A stretch of 35,368 bases of DNA from Diploschistes diacapsis. Taxonomy: Eukaryota. Positions 31,201 to 35,368 of the stretch are shown here, piece after piece. The stretch covers positions 1-35,368 of the forward strand of contig JALAIB010000075.1 of assembly GCA_023645945.1 (NCBI GenBank). The letters are read 5' to 3'. The notes below the pieces were generated by a model. It saw nothing but the letters and a program-made list of their open reading frames with translations. It was not told where the DNA came from and did no database searches. Within the stretch, counting starts at the first letter, position 1. The number at the start of each line of letters is the position of its first letter. The translations under genes were made by a program, and so were the position numbers.

Positions 31201-32961
31201 ATGAAGGCCGCGCTCCGATTCGCTTTAGCTGTTGCTTGCCTCGCGGCGATATGTCTAGCCGCTGAATTCGAACTAGTATGCTCTTTGTCTAGAAGGATAG
31301 CTCTTCCTGACAGTATATAGTCCGACGAGGAGTCTCAAAAATGCAATGGCATGTATAGCAAGGGAAGCTGGGGGGGCTCTGTTGACCCCTTCATCTTGAC
31401 CAAGATTGAGAAACCTACCAATCTCGGGAATAAAGAGGGCCTTGTCAGCTTCGTTATCTTCGAGTGGCGCGACCAGGCTCTGATCGGTGTCGAGAGGCAA
31501 GATACCAATACGGTAGGGAAAGACGTCTGGTCGCGGGTGTAGCTGGAGCTGACGGTCCGAATAGGAGGAGATCTTCTGCTTTGACTCCAACATCAAGGCA
31601 GGCTTATGCAACCAAACTCAATTCGGAGAGTTCATCCTCAAGCCGAACGCAGACTCTCTTCGAACCAGTCCTATTATCAATCGAGCCATCCATCTTGACA
31701 ACCCAGAAGCCATCAACTACCCCATCACAAAGACTGGCTATTACTGCGTATGGACATATCATTTCTCGGATATTCCCTATAACGGTGCGGTCGAGTATCG
31801 GAACTCGTACGGCGAGCTGCCTGGGGCTCAGATACCGAAGCTGCCATTCTACGGCGGCCTCACAATCCTCTACGCAGTCATTGGCGCATTCTGGGCTTTC
31901 CTATACGTGCAGAACCGGCACGACATTTTGCCGGTGCAGAACTATATTACTGCCATAGTTGTTTTCTTGATCATCGAACAACTAATAACATGGGGTTACT
32001 ACGATTATCAGAATCGAAACGGAAACAACGCCGGTACAAAGGCTCTCCTCATCGTGACCGCGATTCTAAATGCTGGCCGAAATTCGTTCTCGTTCTTTCT
32101 TTTGCTAATTACTTGCATGGGTTATGGTATTGTCAAACCGACGCTCGGCAAGACCATGTTGCATGTGCGCATTTTGGCCATAACTCATTTCGTTTTTGGC
32201 GTGATATACGGTATCGCCACATTAGCAGTCACCCCGGACAGCGCTGGGCCACTTCTTCTCCTGGTAATTATGCCGCTTGCGGCTACTTTGACAGCTTTCT
32301 ATGTGTGGACATTGAATGCTCTGAGCGCAACACTCAAGGATCTTATTAACAGAAAACAAAGCGTAAAAGCAATGATGTACCGCAGGCTGTGGTGGTGCAT
32401 CCTCGGAAGCATACTCGTCATTTTCGCGTTCTTCTTTTTCAACTCATTCACATTCGCTCGTCGCAGCGATCCCGACTTTGTTCCAAACAACTGGAAAACA
32501 CGATGGTTCGTTCTCGACGGTTGGCTAAACCTAGTCTATCTTTTTGATATCGCCTTCATTGCTTATCTATGGCGGCCGACTGCGAACAATCGCCGGTTCG
32601 CCATGAGTGACGAGGTGAGCTATTCCAGCCACTTTCCTGTGATGTCGCTTTCTAACTTACTTTCCCCCAGCTTGCCCAAGACGATGATGGTAATTTTGAA
32701 ATCGCTTCTTTTGGCGGTTCCCTCGACGAGGAAGCAGAGGAAGCAGCGCCTCAACCTCCGCCCCAGTCTTATGCGCGTGCTCAAGGTTATGAAAGGGGTG
32801 GTGCTGGAATGACCACGCAGCCTTCCCTTGGGCGGCAGTCTCGGCCCTCGGTCGATGGTGAGACCATATTTGCGGTTGGAGAAGATGGTGACAAATTTTC
32901 TGATGAGGAAGATAATGATTCGGCTGACGATACTGAGCAAAGGAAAGTATTGACGTCATAA
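31201..32961 (+). CDS. PTM1: PTM1/GPR107-like (lung seven-TM, GOST family) membrane protein, ~535 aa
   Basis: Signal peptide; introns 31276-31320, 31513-31564 and 32615-32670. Motifs CNGMYSK, VIFEWRD, KTGYYCV, NSYGELP, DILPVQNYI, CMGYGIVKPTL and WRPTANNRRFAMSDE|LAQDDD, then an acidic tail. Confidence 0.92.
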
Positions 32962-33205
32962 TATGATAACTGTCCTTTTGTAACTTTTAGTTGGCTAGGT
33001 TTTCAGACGAGCCGACATCAAGCAAGGCGTTGGAAGCTGCTGGATATGGGAATTTGAACATCTGCATATTAACACAGCATAAGGGTATTGGTTGAAGCTG
33101 GCACTCATGTCTAAATCTATTGGCAAAATTCCATCCACGCGGAGCCCATGAAAAACGAAGTCTAACTGTACAAAACTCGGAGAACTTGCATTTCGAAGAT
33201 TAGCT

Positions 33206-34343
33206 TTAACCTTTCTCCAGCACAACTCTGGGTAATGCTTTGGACTCAATTCTTCTCATTATCTTGTTTGTCTGCTCGGCAAATGTCAAGGTAAGGATGG
33301 TGTGCGGCCAGATGCGCGCCAAATGGGCAAAGAAGCCTTTGTAAATAGCCAGGACTCCTTCAGTCCTTATGGTCTTGTAGATGCAGTCCAATGGGCCCTT
33401 GTAAAGGTTTCCAGTTTGGTTGTACATTCGCGACATCACCGTATCTAACAATGTTAGCGTTTGGGTCATTGCAAGAACACCGAGTCTACCTGGTGGATGC
33501 ATGAAACAACAGACGACGAATCCGCTTATTGTGCTACTCGCGAGATGCAAGGATAATCCTTCCGCCATGCCCAAGTGCTTGACCAACCTTCTCTTCGCAA
33601 GAAAATATGTAGGTAATTGCACTGAGCTTCCGAAACTCGTCCTAATCACTGCCGATCCAACGCCTCTCCATAGGCCTTTGACGCCCTCGCTCTTGTAGAT
33701 TTGGCTTAGACCATCGGCAGAATTTCGATACGTATGCTGCGTCCCGACAGGTAGAAACGGAGAGTAGGACTGAAGCCGCGTCTTGACGAGAAAGAAGGGA
33801 GAACCAAGAATGGCGCCCAAAGCGCCCGAAGAAGCGCCCGAGAACAGATTTATTCCAATAGACTGCACAGAGTCGTCTTTATACACCGAACGTGTGATTT
33901 TGCTTCGGAGCGGCTCATAGAAACCCAGGCGGCAGCCATTGAGGATTACTTGGTATATGTACTGGGCTCGTGTGAGTAACTCGCTTATCTTCATCAGGAC
34001 CTTCTTACTGCGCTCCCAAGTCCCCGGAACAGGCCGCGAGGTCCTTCATTCAGCCCAATCACTTTGACGCCATGGAGCACGCCTCGGTATAATCGAGGCT
34101 GGTCTTGTTTCGCTCGTAGCTCTCCTTGCAATTGTAACCTGGAAGGGTGTCAGTTGGCTCGAGAGTGGGTTGCTGACACTGGATTTGGGATATGCGCACC
34201 TGATCTTAACAACCTCGAAAGGATGGCTAACGGTGACAGCACCGCAAGCTGCTATTCCACCAGCAATGAAGGCACTACATAAATTTCAGAAGGTATCCGG
34301 AGCCTCTCAAGCCAGCAGCAGCCTACCCTGTAGTAGTAGCCAT
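33206..34343 (-). CDS. OAC1: Mitochondrial oxaloacetate/sulfate carrier (5 exons)
   Basis: Introns 34275-34326, 34139-34199, 33962-34008 and 33445-33489. Product reads [61 protein letters not shown] and HPPDTVMSRMYNQ: three carrier repeats with OAC1-type variants. Confidence 0.93.
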
Positions 34344-34939
34344 GAAGGCGATTCTTGTCGTATAAGGGATGTTCAGTCACGAACGGCGCGCGGGATTGTC
34401 CCCTCCCCTAACTACAAAACATAGGTCCAGAAATGACAGATGCACGTGCTTCTGTCATGTTGATCCACAGAAGGACCAGGGCGCAAAAAATTTAAACTCA
34501 AGAAGGAGCGAGGAGTGGTTACTAGTGCTGCCATAAGAGGGCTTGTCTCATTCTGCCTACTGTAAAATTGTGTAACATATTTGTTGAAAGTGGTGGAAGT
34601 TCCTAATAGATAACTGATGACTAAGAGTGTATTCTTTAGCTAGTCCTAACTAGGGAATAATCCTAGCCTGCCTAGCCTGGTAGCTGACTATTGTTCAATG
34701 ATTATATTGAAGAGGTTGAAGGTTATATTTTGACACACCCCCGTAAACATGGCTCTGCGGCTCTTACTGTTTACCTGTGTTCTTTCCAGCCAGATCAAAA
34801 TCTGCCGTGAGCGGGACTCGACCTCAGACCTCTGAACTAAATGGATGGGGATGCAGCGCAGTGCGCTACCCGGGCTCATAACCTGTTGAACTAAACCACT
34901 AGACCAAAAGATGCGCACCTTTTAGCAAGCAGCAGTTCA

Positions 34940-35368
34940 TGTTTATATTCCGACAATAATAATTCGATTTTAATAAAATTTAATATTAACGACTATTTAT
35001 AGGCCCTAAAATTATAATAATATATTAATATTCGAGACGTTACCCGCGTATTTAAAATATCTCGGTCGATTATTATAAATTAATTCGATAAAACTCAATC
35101 TCGTTCTAATAATCACGAAACGATTTAAAGTCTTTTAAATTTAAAAGAAAAGATATTAATACGATAAATTATACGTCTTATATAAACTGGCTTTCTGTTA
35201 TGATCTCTATCTCTACAAGATAGACACGAGGTATTGATCAAGGTAGGTTTGGTCTCGTTTAGAAGAGGAGTGCAAGTAGGAGAAGAAGGTAGAATAGTTA
35301 TAGGTCTTAGACTGTTTTTAGAAAGAAGGTTTTCTAATAATAGAAAAAACGAAAAAAAATTGATTTCG
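34940..35368. mobile_element. AT-rich RIP-mutated repeat or transposon relic (truncated by the window end)
   Basis: Abrupt switch to very AT-rich sequence with abundant TpA and almost no CpA/TpG, while CpG persists (ttcga, acgtt, tcggtcga). No ORF. The element family is not identifiable. Confidence 0.7.

Overview
Gene-dense nuclear DNA from a filamentous ascomycete (Pezizomycotina; short 45-60 nt GT-AG introns). Twelve intact genes were reconstructed exon by exon: a ~976-aa C2H2 zinc-finger protein, IBA57/CAF17, CWC23, DCP2, a DUF4112 membrane protein, a ~912-aa DUF5923/DUF4449 protein, a DJ-1/PfpI protein, a DUF4211 protein, CSL4, NCS2, PTM1-like and OAC1. The window ends in AT-rich DNA with a RIP signature. 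The most interesting signals are non-coding and unverified. (1) A ~2 kb ORF-poor gap (about 23.3-25.1 kb) is densely base-paired on the + strand and has telomerase-RNA-like architecture, with a candidate template that would encode a non-TTAGGG 11-nt repeat. (2) An outsized 218-nt intron in the DUF4211 gene looks like an H/ACA snoRNA host. There is also a probable small orphan gene missed by the ORF track and an overlapping uORF on DCP2. Family names come from recognised motifs, and all RNA folding was done by eye.
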